A DNA stretch of 64,000 nucleotides from Intoshia linei (Eukaryota; Animalia; Orthonectida). This document shows positions 36,101 to 51,038 of this stretch, piece by piece. Numbering within the stretch: position 1 is the first letter of the stretch; every line of letters starts with the position of its first letter. Location of the stretch: assembly GCA_001642005.1 (NCBI GenBank), contig LWCA01000034.1, forward strand, positions 1-64,000. Reading direction: 5' to 3'. The notes under the pieces were generated by a model, which searched no databases, was not told the DNA's origin, and worked only from the letters and a program-made list of their open reading frames with translations. Both the position numbers and the translations under genes were made by a program.

Positions 36101-38546
36101 TTAATATCATTTTTAAAAAATATTCAATTTATTATTAATCCTACGACTAACTAGTATACTATACATTGTAATTATAATAATTATTGTAATAAGGAATTGA
36201 AAGAAAACAAAAAACACCAAGATTTATGCAAACAAAGTCACGATTCATTATTTGAAAAATGGTTACCAAAATTTGCAAACATTTTACAAGACTCGAATAT
36301 TCATCATTTTGATGATTCGTTATTGGAAAAATTGAACAATTATCTCAATCGCATTATTCAGGATAATCAATATTTGGAAGAAGATATCATTAATGTAAAA
36401 TTTTATAATAAATTTATTAATATGTAAATTTGATTATTGAAATTTTAGCTAAAGAATAAATCACAAGCAAACTTGACTAACAATGAGAAATTGTAATTTT
36501 GAAATGTATACGTTTTAAAATGTTTTAGTAAATCCAACTTGACTAAAAATTACGAAGATCAAATTTCAAAATATATCGTAGATTCTAACAAAGATGAAGA
36601 AAAAATAAAATTATTACAAAAAAATGTTGATGCATCAAAGTAAAAAAATTGTAAAATTTTATATTAGACTTTCCTAGAAAACTCTCTCTAGACATTGAAT
36701 ATGAAAAAAATAATATTATTAACCAATTAAAAAACGAAATTACTAAAAATACAGAAAAATTTGAATGGGAACAAGAAAATTGGAATCGAAAGGTTCATTT
36801 TTAAAAAATACCATTTTTTCAGGAACTTTGTTTTGATAAAATATTAATTTTAGAGAAAAAGTTTGGAAGATGCACTAGATGATATTCAATCAAAAATAAC
36901 GGATAAAAATGTCTCTGAAAATGATTATAAAATACAAATAAAAGATTTAGAAAATGACAATGCTGAATATGAGGTTTTTGAATTAAAAATTTAGTTTCAT
37001 TAAATTTAGAAAACTGTAGATATTCTGACTAAAGAAAGAGAAAAAATAGAATCAAATTTATCGTATTTTGAGTCTAATTTTAAATTGGTTGAATCTCACT
37101 TATTAAAAGAAAAAACTCAAAATTTACTGATTCAAAATGACAACAGATCTTTAAAACAAGAAATTGAAACGTATGAAACTAGAATTCGTAAAATTAGTAG
37201 CGATCAGGGCAAAAATCAACCGTTTTTAGCCCAACAAATCTCGGCATTGAGTGATCGTTTAAGAATAGTTACAAATGAATGTGCTGATAATGCTGCAACA
37301 GTAGTTAAACTTCAAACAGAACGGAATCATTTGAAACGTCAGCTCGATGTCAAAATATTAGGTATGCATTTAAAGTTTCAATTATCTTAATTTTTTATCG
37401 TTTTTAGACGAAAATACAGAAAAAATATACATTAAAAATGAAGACAAGACAAAGCTGGAATCAATGATACAACAGGGGAAAATGCAAATTGATAATTTAA
37501 AAATAAAATATAATGATTTGCAAAAAAAGTATAATGTGCTAGATATAGAATCTAATGAAAAATCCGACTTAATTGATCAAGTTAGAAATGATAGAGACGT
37601 TGTAATTGAAAATGCTGAAAAATCTAGAATTAAGTATGAGAATATGAAAAATAATATTGGCAATGGGTTGAAAAATAGAATAAAATCTTCTAATCAAGAA
37701 ATTCAACATTATAAGCATATGAATAGTACTATTAAATTACAGTATAGAAAATTAAAGAAACGGTTAGAACAAGAACAGTCTTCCAATAGTGAATTTAGAA
37801 ATACTTATAATAATAATGTTGAAACTTTGAAATGTAAATATGAAAAATTGAGTAAACATCACAGTAAAGCTCACGGGGCTTTTGCTTTTGAACAAAGGCA
37901 AATATTATCTCAACTTAAACGTAATTTTTTACTTAGTTTGCGTCAAAATGAACTGTTTTAATTTGGTATAAACTGGTCTTGGGTAGAGTATGGATGGTCC
38001 GAGGCATAACTTGCATTGTAAACTTTGTATTGTATTTATAATTTCTTATATTACATGAACGTCACTTCTGGGCAAATATTTGTCAATAAATCGGGGAATA
38101 AAGAAAAACCTTGTTTGGTTCTCAGTCTGCAACCGATACGCCGAGTTTTCCAGAAAATTAGCCTATGGAAATTTTTTTCTATTAGATTTCAAAAAAAAAA
38201 GAGGGACAGTATTCACTAGTTTGATAAAAGCAAAATGTTGCACCGTTGAGGCCCCATGTGTTAAATATAAATTAAAACGAGAACCGTTTATCCAGGCATT
38301 TATTTTTTAATTTAGTCAAAACCAATGAACTGAAATTAACTAAAAAGGCATTGATTACTCGAAATAAGTTAAACAAAAGTGGTTTATTAAAATTTTATTA
38401 TCATTTATCAATATCTAGCAGCTGTATTAAACAACCGATTACAAGGGTACATTTCACCGAATGTAAGGAAAGAACGATTTATTTTAATAAAAGATGAGTG
38501 TGAACAATTAAAAGTTTTGCTCGATGTGGCAAATAGTGTAAGTTAA
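33113..38546 (+). CDS. Long coiled-coil protein, about 14 exons, no confident orthologue; 3' end tentative
   Basis: E/K/Q/L heptad-rich exons are separated by short GT-AG introns, e.g. 33113-33291, 36195-36393, 37010-37361, 37408-37920, 38419-38546. Confidence 0.7.
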
Positions 38547-39821
38547 AAATTTTTAGCAATATTTACTAACTGCTGTATATGATTAATATATTATTTAAAT
38601 TAATTATAAATACGTTTAATTATAATATTTATGTATTAACTTTTTGAGAAATGTTGACGAGGTTGTAATTAAAACTTTTATACAACTTTACCAATGATAG
38701 ACTCTCTCTACAGCTTTACACTACCATACTTGGGTTTACACGTGTTATTGTGTATGTTGAATGGAAGAGAGATGAAAATCTTTTTTACATTTTGGATACT
38801 TGAAAATCTTTTTCACTTGCTAGAAACCTTAATTGGCCTTAAAATCAAATTAAATGTTTATCAACATCAATTATTACATTATGTACATTAGTGACAAAAT
38901 AAGCTGATAACATTACTATGGAACAAAAAGAAGACATGAACCAGTTGTGACAAGTAGATCACTTTTTTAAAGATTTAAAAATGTTCATTAATTTCTATAT
39001 TTTAATTCTTCTATATGAAATAAGTTATATCCATGCAAAAAGTAAACTTTCGACCAAAAAAAGCGAACATGCGCTTTAAATAATCTGAAAAAAATTGAAA
39101 CTGAAAAAATATAAAATAAATAAATTAAATCATTATCATCAAATTACATTTTTAACGATTTAATTGTATATTATATTCATTGTCACACGAATAAAGAAGG
39201 TTAAAAAATGGAACAGTTGCTAAAAGTGGACCAAATTTTGGAAAAGTGACCCGCTTAATCTGTTCTTGTTTAAAATAACATAAATAATATTACAATTTTC
39301 TCAGAGAATTATTGGTTCTATGGGTCGATTCTTAAAAAAATTGAGCAACAGTAACAACTTGTTACTATCAAGTAATTGAAAAAAATTATATAGTAAATTT
39401 CATCAATCTAAAATTAAGTTATTTTTATTTTTAATTATGGAGGGGGCGATTTTAAAAAATGTTGAGGAAAACTGAAAAAAAACTAAAAAGCTAGAGTCTA
39501 GCCTAAGAGTACAATAAAAAAATAAAAATATTTATTCCAGGGTTATGTGATATACAATTTTGTTGACATGAATTTTACAATACTAAATTTAACCTAACTT
39601 AAAAAAATATACAAAATTAAACCTTTTATAGAACATGAAAATGATGTCTGATGAAAATAGTTACTTGTACAATACCATAAAGAAAATGATTAGCGAAAAT
39701 AAATACGAAAATGAAAATAAAGAAAAAAATCAATATAATAACATTAACAATTATAAATGTATAGAATAAAAAAGATATTAAATTTATAAAAAATTGTTTA
39801 TACATATGAAATTTTATAAAT

Positions 39822-42800
39822 TTAATGTCTTTGACGCATTGACGGAAATGGTGAGCTTTCAATATACGCTTTTTCTTGTGATTGTTTAGATTTCTAAAAA
39901 TTAATAAAATTTTTAAATAAAAAAATATTAACATTGTACATAAAAACTGGATCAGCGGTCACCAATTATAGTGTTCGTATATCAAAGAATGTGATAAATG
40001 ATTATGGGTTCATATAAACTGATTCATGTACATCGGCGGGCTGCAACCAGTGGCCCACATAATAATTTTGGTGGCCCTTTGAGTAAATATGTAAATTATT
40101 TATTTTTCAACTTTTAAACACCATATTAAACATTTTCTACTACAATTGGCTCATTATAATCATTTTAATACGGAATTTTCAAATCGTCCTGGATTTTATT
40201 TTGTTGGATATACTAGAACAGGGGTGCACAACGTGCGGCCGTGGGCAATACATCTGATCATAATGCAATATATCATTTTACTTCAAATTGAAAAGTTAAA
40301 ATGAGATTTTATGCAAGGTCTATTTAAAATATTTTAATCAAAAAGTTACATTCTTGACTTTGTCCCAGTTTCTCAAATGTTAGCGAAGGGCACACAAAAT
40401 CAAGGCAGTCACTGATATCTTTTTTATGTCATTATTAATATTTACATATTTTTTATGTTTTCCACTCTAATGTATCACAAATCGGTTTTTAATGCAAATT
40501 TTTTCTGTTGTCCAATTATTATTAATTATTTACCGAAAAATTAATGATTAATGTTTTTTCAAAAAAAAAAATTAGTAAAAGTAGATTTTTCAAATTTTTT
40601 TAAAACAAGGTTTTTTCTTATGGAATAAGTCAGAAGAATTAATGCTCTAAAAATTTGGTGAAATGGGATTTTTCATAAAAATATTGGTAAAAGCGATTTT
40701 TTTCCTTAAGGGTTGTTAAAATTTTTCCTCTCATTTTGGATGTAATTATTCTTACATTGATTGTAATTGTTATCACATTGAGAATCGTTATTCCATTTTG
40801 AATTTAGCTATTTTTACATTGACTGTGACTATTCTTACTTTGAATGTAAATATAATAATTTTCAAAATGAATTTATATTTTTATTTCGAACCTATATTAT
40901 GGTTAAATGAACCTGCGAATAACATACGGATATTTTTAACAATTTAAACTCAGAAAATTAGAATATTTTTCTTAAATATACACCTTAAACGTAAAAAAAT
41001 ATATTATAGGTAGTGCGATTCAACCATGTTACGTTTCCCGTTAATTACAATTTAAATGTTGGTCGAAATATACCAGAAACCCTTAATAATTTGATTATCA
41101 CTTTGAATATAGCAATCATCACATTGCTTGTGGTTATTTTATTGTGTTCCAAAATGTTATCACATTGAATTTAATTATTATCACATCGGTTGTAATTATT
41201 ATCATATTGATAGTGAAATGGTATAGTTTCAACACTAGAGATGCAAATTTTAGCTAATCAAATTGATTAGACTGCATATTAAAATTGAAAATGTGTGTCG
41301 ATTTTTTTAAGTACTTTTAAAAAGAGTTTAAAAATTTTACTTAATGTTTCAAAAAAACTTAATTTGTAGTTTTTACCAAAAAAGTAAATTTATCTTACTT
41401 GGTCCGTCCCCAAAAAAAAAAACTTAGAATTTCTGGTATTCTGGAACTCAGTTTTACTTTATATATATAACAGAGTTTTAACAATGAATATTTGTAAAAC
41501 TCGCCAATGATGCAAAGTAATATAAAATTATTTATAATTCAATAGCATAAAGTCCCTAATCTATAAGATAAAATTACCTGATTTTTGCGTTTTTTAGATT
41601 TCTTTTTATGCCTTTTTCCATAATGTTCAAATTCAATATTTTTAGTAGTGGAGTTATCTTCAACATCTAAATGTTTAAAAGTATGCAATTCAGGTTCAGG
41701 GTTTGTTAAAACTTCTTTAACATTCGCTAATTCAACATTTGATTGAATTTGAGATACTACAACAATATCAATATCATCTTTTAAAAAATCTGGTTTTTCG
41801 TCTTCTCTATCACTCTTAAGAGAAATAGAGAGGTCGAGTGACGAATTAATCAAACAAAATTCATCAGTAACTGCACTACCCTTGATATCATCAGATTCAT
41901 GGATATGCGAATCGTATTCTTGAATATCTTGTAAATTGGCATCTTGAAGTGGTTCATTTTGTACCAAATTGGATATATCACCCTGTTTATTTCGACATTC
42001 AATTTCTTCAACTTCACTTTTAACTTGAACAGTCAACGTATTAGTACCATAAATATCCTTATCCTCTAAATTTTCATCTAAAAGTGATTCAGTGGACGAA
42101 ATAACCATCACATTTTTATCGACACTAAAATTAAAGTATTTGTCTTGATAAAAGTAATATACAATTTTTTTAAGAAAGTCATCAAGTTGATCAAAAAATT
42201 TAATAATATTCAAACTATTGGATTCATCATTTTTCAAAAATTTTTTAACAGTATCCTTAATATCTAAAATATTCTTGGGAAAATTAAAAGTCATGTCATA
42301 ATCCTTTTCAATATACATTTTAATTTTATCAAATTTGTCAAAATCCAGGGAAGAATTTTTCAACAAGAAAAAATCATTGGAAACATCATTAAGACATCCA
42401 TCCACAAATGACTTTATAGCATAATTGCTCTTCATTAAAACATCTTCAGCTTGAATTTTTAATATAGTAGCAGTTTGTTTTTGAGCAGTAATTGTAGAAA
42501 TTATTTTTCCTTTTTCATCAATATCCTTTTGTTTCAATAACAAAACTTTACGCATTTCCTCCAATTCCTTAGTATAAGTATCTAAATCCATTATGGCTGA
42601 CCAGTCATCAGAAGTACATGTACTTTTTTTGCCATTTTCATCTATATTTTTATTGTTTGAATTCAACTCATTGGAGTCATTTTTGTCGTTTTTATTATCC
42701 AATTCATTTAATAAATCTTGTTTTTCAAGACGCAATTGAGTGATTTGCACGCCCAGTTCATTTAAACTATTAATTAAATCTTCACAGTTCATTTTTTCTT

Positions 42801-45800
42801 GGATAAACTTTTTATCCAACTCATCATATTCGAATTTAATAAATTCTAAATCTTCCTGAGCAGCTTCAAAATCTTCATTCAAAAATGAGTTTTCCGTTTG
42901 AATTTTTTCAATTTTATTATCCTTTTCATTTACTAAAGTAGTCAATCGATCAATTTCGTTTTCATCTTCAGTTTGACAATCAATTGAACTAGATTCAAAT
43001 TTTTTAGAAACGGAAGATTGAATAATTTTATCCAAAACATCCTTTAAATAAAATGAATTACAAACATTGATTGTAAAATCACCAACATTGAAATTTTCCA
43101 ACTTAATAATGGGTACAGTTAAATTATACAAGTCTCCAAAAAATGTTAAAATGACATTGAGACTTTCAACTAAAATACTAAAAGTATCATTTTGCTTTTC
43201 CAATAATTTCAAAAAATCCTCATTCTCATCTTGATCTTCCTTTTGAACTGAAGCTAATTTATTTTTTTCCTTTTCCGTTTCATTGTATTTATCAGACAAT
43301 AATTTATAATTTTGAACCAATTTATTATAGCACTCATCCCCATTAGATATACTGTCCTTTAAAAACGCATTATTTTGGCGCAACAGTAAATTTTGAACAT
43401 TAAAGTATCCAGCAATATTAAAAACAACCAATTCAAAATGTGCGTCCAATTTACTACACAACACGAGAAATGCTGATAAATTAGACTCTGCCGTTTTTTT
43501 TAAATTCAATTTTTCACTTTCCACACTATTTTCAAGCATACAAAATTGACCGATAATTTTTTGAGCCAGAGATTTAATATTTTGAATAACATTAAATTTA
43601 TATTCTTTAAAATAATTTTGATCCAAATCTGATTTATTCTCCTCCTCCACACTTTGACTAGGTTTATGAAGACAATACGATTTTAAATTTAATTCGTCAA
43701 TAAATTTTTGAGTCAAATCGACATAATCATCTACAGAATAAAAAGTTTTGCATTTAACAGAGTCATCAACCACCTTTAACAAATCAATAAGTTGACTAAA
43801 TTGATTTTCACGTTCTAGATGCTCAATTGAAAAAATTGAATTAGAAAAGGACACAACCCGTTCCATCGCCAAACAAATTTTCAATTCCCTATTCTGTAAC
43901 TCCAAATTTTTATCAAAAATCCTAGACAAATGCATGACACCATCATTATCAGTTTTAAGTCCCTTCAAAATTGAATAAATGTCTACCATGTCATTTTTAA
44001 GCGACCGCAACATTGATAAAACTGAATTTTTATCAAAATTTTTCAAACCCTTATATTGACCATTCTGTCGACACAATTCAATATTAGCATTACAAATTTG
44101 AGCGTATTTTGTAATAAATTTAGAATAAAAAGATAAATTATTTTCAAAAACCACAAAAACTTTTTCATACAAAGCATTCATCCCGTCGTTCAAACGTCCA
44201 GATAATTGAATCAAAAAAAAATCAATTTTATCATTTTCAAATTTCACTTTTTCGCCAAAATTTTTGAAACAATCTTGATAATTTGTAACAAGTCTCAGAC
44301 TATTTTCAAGTTTTAAAAAAAGCTCATTCCTTTCAATCAAATTTAAAGACATTTCAGACTTCATTTTTTCCATTTCCAAACATTGTTTAGACATTTCTTC
44401 ATTTTCACAAAAACTTTTTTCCATTTTAATTATTAAACCATCTCTATTTTCTAAAATGTCACAATTTTCTTTTTTCAACTCTTGATAATCATGATACAAT
44501 AAATTGTAATCATTTGAAATTTTTTCGACATTTTCATTACAATTTTTTTCAAAATTTTTCATGTTTTTTTCAATTTTTTCAATAATTTCAATCTTTGAAT
44601 TCAAAAGACTTTGCAATTTATTACATTCTTCGTTTTTCAAATTCAATTTATTTGAAAATTCATTCACATTAAATATACTCGATTCCAATTGTATATTCAA
44701 TGAATCAAATTCTTTTGAATATGACTCAAAGTTCTTTAATAATTTTTCATTTTTACTGTTGACGTTTTTCAATTCTTGATTATAAAAATTATTATTATTT
44801 ATCAATAACTCATTTTCGTTTTTTATTTTTTCAACTTCTTGTTGATAGTATTGACTGTTTGATTTTAAAATTTTAGTTTCTTGTTCCAGTGTCTCAAATT
44901 GTTGAATGCATACTGATAATTGGTTTTTCATTTCATCGTTTTTTTTTTGAGTCAAATTCACTTTTTTAACTGTTTCAATGTTTTCCTTTTTTAAGGAATC
45001 TATTGTATAATTTGCATTTACAAATTTTTGATTTAGTTGCTGGTTATCGTTTTTTAGGTTTTCATTATCATTTGATAGGGAAATGTTTGTTTGTTTGATG
45101 GTTTCTAATTGTTTTATTATTACATTCTTTTCATTTTCATTTGATTTATATTTCATGTCATTTAATTTTAAATTTTTAATTTCAGATAATAAATATTTTT
45201 TTTCATTTTCTAAATTTGAATATGCAGTGCATGTTGAGGTGTAATTATTATTTGCGGTTTCATATTTTGATGTCATTTCCATTAAATTTGAGCCAACTTG
45301 ATTCAATTTTGAATTTTTGAATTCCATTTCCTAAAATTGTAAAAATTAGTATATATTAATAATTAGTGATTGTGCCGGGAAAAAAACCGGGACAAATTTT
45401 CTCCGATTTTTACTATTTCCCCAAAAAAATTGAGACATACTTGTATTTGATTTATGTTTGTTATTACTATGAAAATATAATTATATTATAATATTTAAAA
45501 TTTACCATTTCAAAAATAACATCACTAATAATCTGTAATCAAAAATACCATTTCAAGCCCTCATGGAAAAATTGACTTACACCGACATTCTTTTCAAAAA
45601 TCCTATTTTACAAAATCTTATGAAAAAAATCCATTTCATCAAATCACAAATTACTAACGCTTAAGGGAATTATCCTCCTTTTCCAATATTATTTTGAAAA
45701 ATATTATGAGTTGCTACGAACTGTAACGCTATCATCAAGATTGTTAAAATTAAAGGAAGCCCTTATGACCGTTCAACCCACGTCAACACATAATGAAAAA

Positions 45801-48704
45801 AATTTCTCTACTGCTTCTAATTTCGTTACAAAACGTAAAACGCGTTTAAAATTTGTAAATTTCAATCTAATATTCGCGTTATTTCATTAATTAAATTTCT
45901 TTTTGTTTCTAAAATTAATTAAGGTCTCTAAAATTTTTAATGCTTCTATATTATATATGAATAAAAATTTTTTATTTCCCGGTTCTCGACTTTTGTCATT
46001 TCTCGAAAAATCACAATCACTATTAATAATACGTTTAAACCAACTTTTTTTGTTGTGTAAAATTAAAAAAACGGATAGCATTTTTATAAATTTTTATTTA
46101 TAGTAATCAGAATTTATTGTAATAAATGTCAGTCCTATTTTTCAATTTTCTCAATTAATAATATAAGTTAGGTTGTTAAACTTTAAACTCATTTCATTTT
46201 CAATTTGAATTACAAAACTACCAAAAAAAGCCAATATTATCAAACCTTACGAGAAAAATTCACTTTAACCAAGCCACACTAGGAAAAATACAATTTTAAC
46301 ATTGCTAATTAATTGTTATCAATATTTTTTGCAAAAATTCAGTTTTACCAAACATTATGTGAAACAATTCATTTCTACAATCCATACCAAAAAAAATCAA
46401 ATTTTAACAATATTATCAAAACTTTGACAAAAAATTGATTTTTAACAAAATTTAAAAGAAAAATCCAATAGTAGCAAACCTTACTAAAGAAATTAATTTT
46501 TACCCAATCTTGTATAAAAAATCCGCTTCTACCAAACCATATAATAAAAAATCAATTATTATTAAATCTTAGTACAGTGTTTACCAAATGCTGTTCCGCG
46601 GACCAGTACTGGTCCCTGAAAATTTTACCAATTAGAAGTCTTATCATTACGTGTTTTATCAAATTTTTTTTAATTTTGGCTAGGAATTTCGCTTTAATGA
46701 CTCGCGACAAATTTTATAATTAAATATCGTTCTGACGTGAAAAAAGTGTGGTAATCTCTGCCATGGAGAAAGATTAATTTTTACTAAACCCCATCAGAAT
46801 TTTACAAACATTAAATAAAAAACCAAACATCATACAAACTCAATGTTAAACTCAATAAATATAACCTTAATGCACACTTTTTTACATACATTACAAAAAT
46901 GAAAATTTTTAATCTCTAAAATTGACATTTCCTCTATATAAAACGAAATTAATATAATATTCTAAATAAACACAATTCAGATTTATAAAATAAAAAAAAT
47001 CCCTAACCTTATTAAAACGGACGGATTTTTCATCAATTTCTTTTTCAAGTTTAGAAATATTATTTTGATAATTAATTTCATCATATTTGTATTTTTCCAA
47101 AACCTCATCATCATGTTCATTACATTGAAATTTGAGTTTGAAATCATCGAGTTGAGAATTACTTTCATCAAGTAAATTTTGTAAAGTTTCCATATCCGTA
47201 GAATACTGAGTATTTAAATTCTGTAAACTAGTACATTTATTCAAAGATTGAACTTCAATTTCCTTTTTCATTTGCAATTCATTCTGTAAACGAGTATATG
47301 CTTCAGACCATTGAATATTGGCGTCTTCATATTTTTTAGCATTTTCTTTCAATTCAAGATTTTGTTGAATCAATTTTTTTTGTTCAATTTGAATTTTATT
47401 AAAATCCAAATAAAGTAATTTTCGTTTTTCAGTTTCATCACGTAAATTTATTGATAAATTTTCCGCACCAACTTGAAATTCATTGATGCGCTCCTTTAAA
47501 ATGTCGATTTGAGTTGAATACTGACAATTTAAAGTTGAAACTGAATTTAAATTATTTTTTAAAGTGTCATTTTCTAGGGTTAAAGTATTACCATTTTCAA
47601 TCAATTTAGAATTTTCATTTTCAAAACGCGCAATCTTGTCTTGACAAGTTTTATAAACATTATTCAACTGAGAATATTCATTTTTCAAATTAATTAAAAT
47701 TTGATTACCATTTTTAATTTTATTTTCCAAATTACAATTTTCATGAGATAAAGTATCTACCTGATTCTTTAATTGCACTAAACTAGCATTATCGACTTGT
47801 GAATATTTATTCAATGACTTTTCTTTTTCCAAGTCAATGTAAGCTTGAGTTAAATCTTTTTTTAATGCTATAAGGGTATTTTCTTTGGATTTTATTGTAA
47901 TTTCATATTCTGATAATTTATAATTCAATCCAATGTCAGAATTTATATTATTTTGACTAGTGTTAGTATTGCATGTTTTTAGTTGGTTGGTTAAATTTTC
48001 CAATTCTTTTTTCAATTTGGTGTTTTCATTACATGTCCGCTTTTCAGATAAATATATTTTACCATATTTAATTTTTTGTAATTTTAATTGTTTTAATAAG
48101 TCTTGATTTGTTTTTTTCTCAATTTCTATATGATTAATAATCATTAATAAATAATTTAAACTTTTAAAATTTATGTCTCAGTTTTCGTACTTTTCGGAAT
48201 GCACTACGAAATTTGAACGTAAAATAACGTTTGTAACGTTCAAGTCCTTTTGTGCATTACAAAAATGATATTAGTCAGAATTTATCCAATATTAATATTG
48301 TAGTTATCATCTATCCAATTACTACAAATTGGATATTTTAGAACCATTTTCATAATGGTGACACACTTATTAAAAATATAATAATTTCGATATAAAAAAA
48401 ACTTTATTGGTTTTGATTAAAAGATTTAATGGTACATTTCATGCAAGTATTTATAGTTAATAATTCGTAGACTAAAATTTTCAGATGATACCAAGAGTCT
48501 AGAACCAACACAAATTAATTTACTAGGGTGATTTAAATCTTACAGAAAAATTTCAACCGCATTTACAACATAATTTTCGAGTATATAAACTTGTACGGTA
48601 TTTATTACTAAAAATATTAATTATTTAATCACGTGTCATGTTTTACATGTAATTAAAAATTAAATATTTTATTCAAAATTACCCAGTTTATCCGTTTGTT
48701 CCAT
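39822..48704 (-). CDS. Large coiled-coil protein, ~1654 aa, 4 coding exons, with an acidic then basic C-terminal tail
   Basis: Exons 48704-48683 (MEQTDKL), 48125-47008, 45330-41578 and 39893-39822 join in frame at GT-AG sites. The sequence is heptad-rich and ends KRHKKKSKKRKNQ|KSKQSQEKAYIESSPFPSMRQRH*. Confidence 0.8.
45364..46022 (+). mobile_element. Internally deleted hAT transposon (copy 2 of the 22369 family)
   Basis: Perfect TIRs TAGTGATTGTG and CACAATCACTA, with a perfect 8-bp TSD TTAATAAT (45356-45363, 46023-46030). The interior is highly similar to 22369-23203, with additional deletions. Confidence 0.9.
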
Positions 48705-49186
48705 TTTATATTTAATTTTTCTAAATATGTAAAGTAATAAAGTTTATTTACGTTTTTATATTATTTTGATGACAATGTAATCATTATTCAGTGTTTATAA
48801 TAAAATGTTAACATGAATATTTGAAAATAATCCATACAAACAGATTATATACATTTTGTGGGTTATCCGCTACTATTTATTCTCGTATCTGCTTGGATTC
48901 GTACACAAAATATTGAGTAAATCGAGATTTAAACTATTTATGTATTTCTAAGGAAACTACCCGATGTTATAAAGATGGATATCTATTTCTCAATTAAATG
49001 TTCCTTGAATTTCTACAGGATAGCGCCTAAAAAATCTAAACCATAGTACTAGTCAATATTGTTTATTTAAACACATTTCATACACAAATTTAAAAAAAAT
49101 GGACACATTTTTTAGCCTAAACTAAGTAAAAACTAAATAACCAAATGTAGATCAAATTTGATTAATGAATCATCAATTATGCACAC

Positions 49187-50590
49187 TAGGGGTGTGAATT
49201 TTAGTAGTTTTTTTTTGAAATTTTATGGGACAGGAACTGATAAATTCGCGTATGACAGTTTTATGGCTACATTAAAAAAAATAATGGGTCTTGTTCAGTT
49301 TAAGCCCGTAAAATAGTGTGGCCTGAAAAAAGACGTATTATCACTTTTAGTTTATTTGGATTAAATTTCAAGTCAAAAATTTTTATTCGTCAAAATAGAT
49401 AAATAGTTTTGGCTTTACGTTTATCATCAAATAAACCAAAATTGATAGTACGTCTTTTTTCTGGCCATACTACGTAAAATGAACTTTAGAAAATGGAACT
49501 TTTTTGTCAAATTTTAAAAATTATTTATTTTGATTTTTAAGAAGTTATGTTGAATAATTCAAATTGTATGCATTCATGATTAATTATTAATTTATTAAAG
49601 TATTAATTGATTTTTGAATACATTTTTTAGTTGAATATGCATTTATAACAAAATAATATAATAAATAAGGGGTCTCACTAAACAGTGAATCACTATTGTG
49701 ACCAATAAATAAGTTTGTATACCAATAAATAAATAAGGTTGAAAGGAGCCACCTCTTATGCCCATAAATGAATCATTTTCAAGAGTTGGGGATGGTTAGA
49801 CGGCTATTGTCCAAAAATGAATCTATTCGTCATATCCATCACCTTATACATTTTAACTTTTTACTAACGTTGATAATGAATGTGATTTTTACAAGTTTTA
49901 TACACTTTTTAGAATTTTAGACATGACAACTACTTAAAAATCAAAATAAATAATTTTTGATAATGTTTTGCGGAGACGCTTTTCATTTTAAAAATATAAC
50001 TTTATTTACTGGAATGTTACGATGAGACACTGTATCTATGTTTTGAGTCGTCATGTTTAGTTGTTCACTTTGCATCTTTAAATTCAAGTCTACCTCATTT
50101 ATTTTTGTTTTTAGTGAAAATTTTTACAATGAAAAATGATAATTTTTATAAAATTATAGCAAATTTAAACATCAATAAAATATAAAGTAAACGAGGTTGA
50201 ATTGAATTTAAAGATGTAAAGTGAACAACCAAACATGACGGTCAACATAAGGCCACTCAAAACATAGCAAACACATTCAATGGTAACATTACATTAACCC
50301 TTTCACTGTCTGTGTATTCTATACTATACACAGCAATTTCACTTCACACGTCTGTGTATTTTATGATATAACAGCAAATTTTGAAAAACTTTATTCTTTT
50401 ATTTTCATAAATTTTCACATAGGTAATTTAAAAATAATACAAGTTTAAATTAAAACATAAATTCCAGACGTGTTTGATGATGCATCATAAAATAGTATTA
50501 GACAGTGAAAGAGTTAACATGGATGAAAAAGGATGGTAACATCCTTTTCCCGATCCTGGACTTAATTTAAAAAAATTTGGCACACCCTTA
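49187..50590. mobile_element. 1.4-kb hAT-type non-autonomous element containing internal palindromes and a nested MITE
   Basis: Ends are TAGGGGTGTG and CACACCCTTA; flanks ATGCACAC and ATGCACAT give a 7/8 TSD. Confidence 0.65.
50298..50513. mobile_element. TTAA-flanked piggyBac-type MITE (copy 2)
   Basis: ttaa|CCCTTTCACTGTCT ... AGACAGTGAAAGAG|ttaa. Confidence 0.8.
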
Positions 50591-51038
50591 ATGCACATGT
50601 TGAATATATAGTTAAATTGAAATACCTAATTTCGAATATACCGAATGTTTTTACTGTCAAGCAGATGAAAGTATGACTACTGTATTATATGGAACAATTT
50701 AAATATACAGCCTTCAATTAAACTATCTAAGCTAGTAATTGCAAATCTTTAAGCGGAAAGTAGAGAATGAGAATATAAGAGTAGAACATTTGAATGAAAA
50801 AATCTGAGATTTAATCTGATAAAAACAAAAAACTATAAATCATTTAAGCATATGTAGTTAAATGTAACATTTATCAGATTCAATCATTGAATCTTTTCAA
50901 TTTGAATGTAAAAAATAATAACCAGGACATTTATTACCATATTTATGTATAGTTATAAAATAAACAAAATAATTTCCATTAGAAACAATATCTGGCATTG
51001 AAATTAAATTTTATCTAAATTGATATATTCTGATAAAA

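Noticed and set aside
33113-38546. Naming the gene as a specific CCDC/CEP protein (e.g. CCDC158)
   Set aside because: Only generic coiled-coil resemblance was seen, with no diagnostic motif.
39626-39934. 102-aa hydrophobic minus-strand ORF
   Set aside because: It overlaps the last exon of the coiled-coil gene in another frame and its AT-rich 3' region; the F/I richness reflects base composition.
44561-44779. 72-aa plus-strand ORF
   Set aside because: It is an antisense shadow of the large coiled-coil exon.
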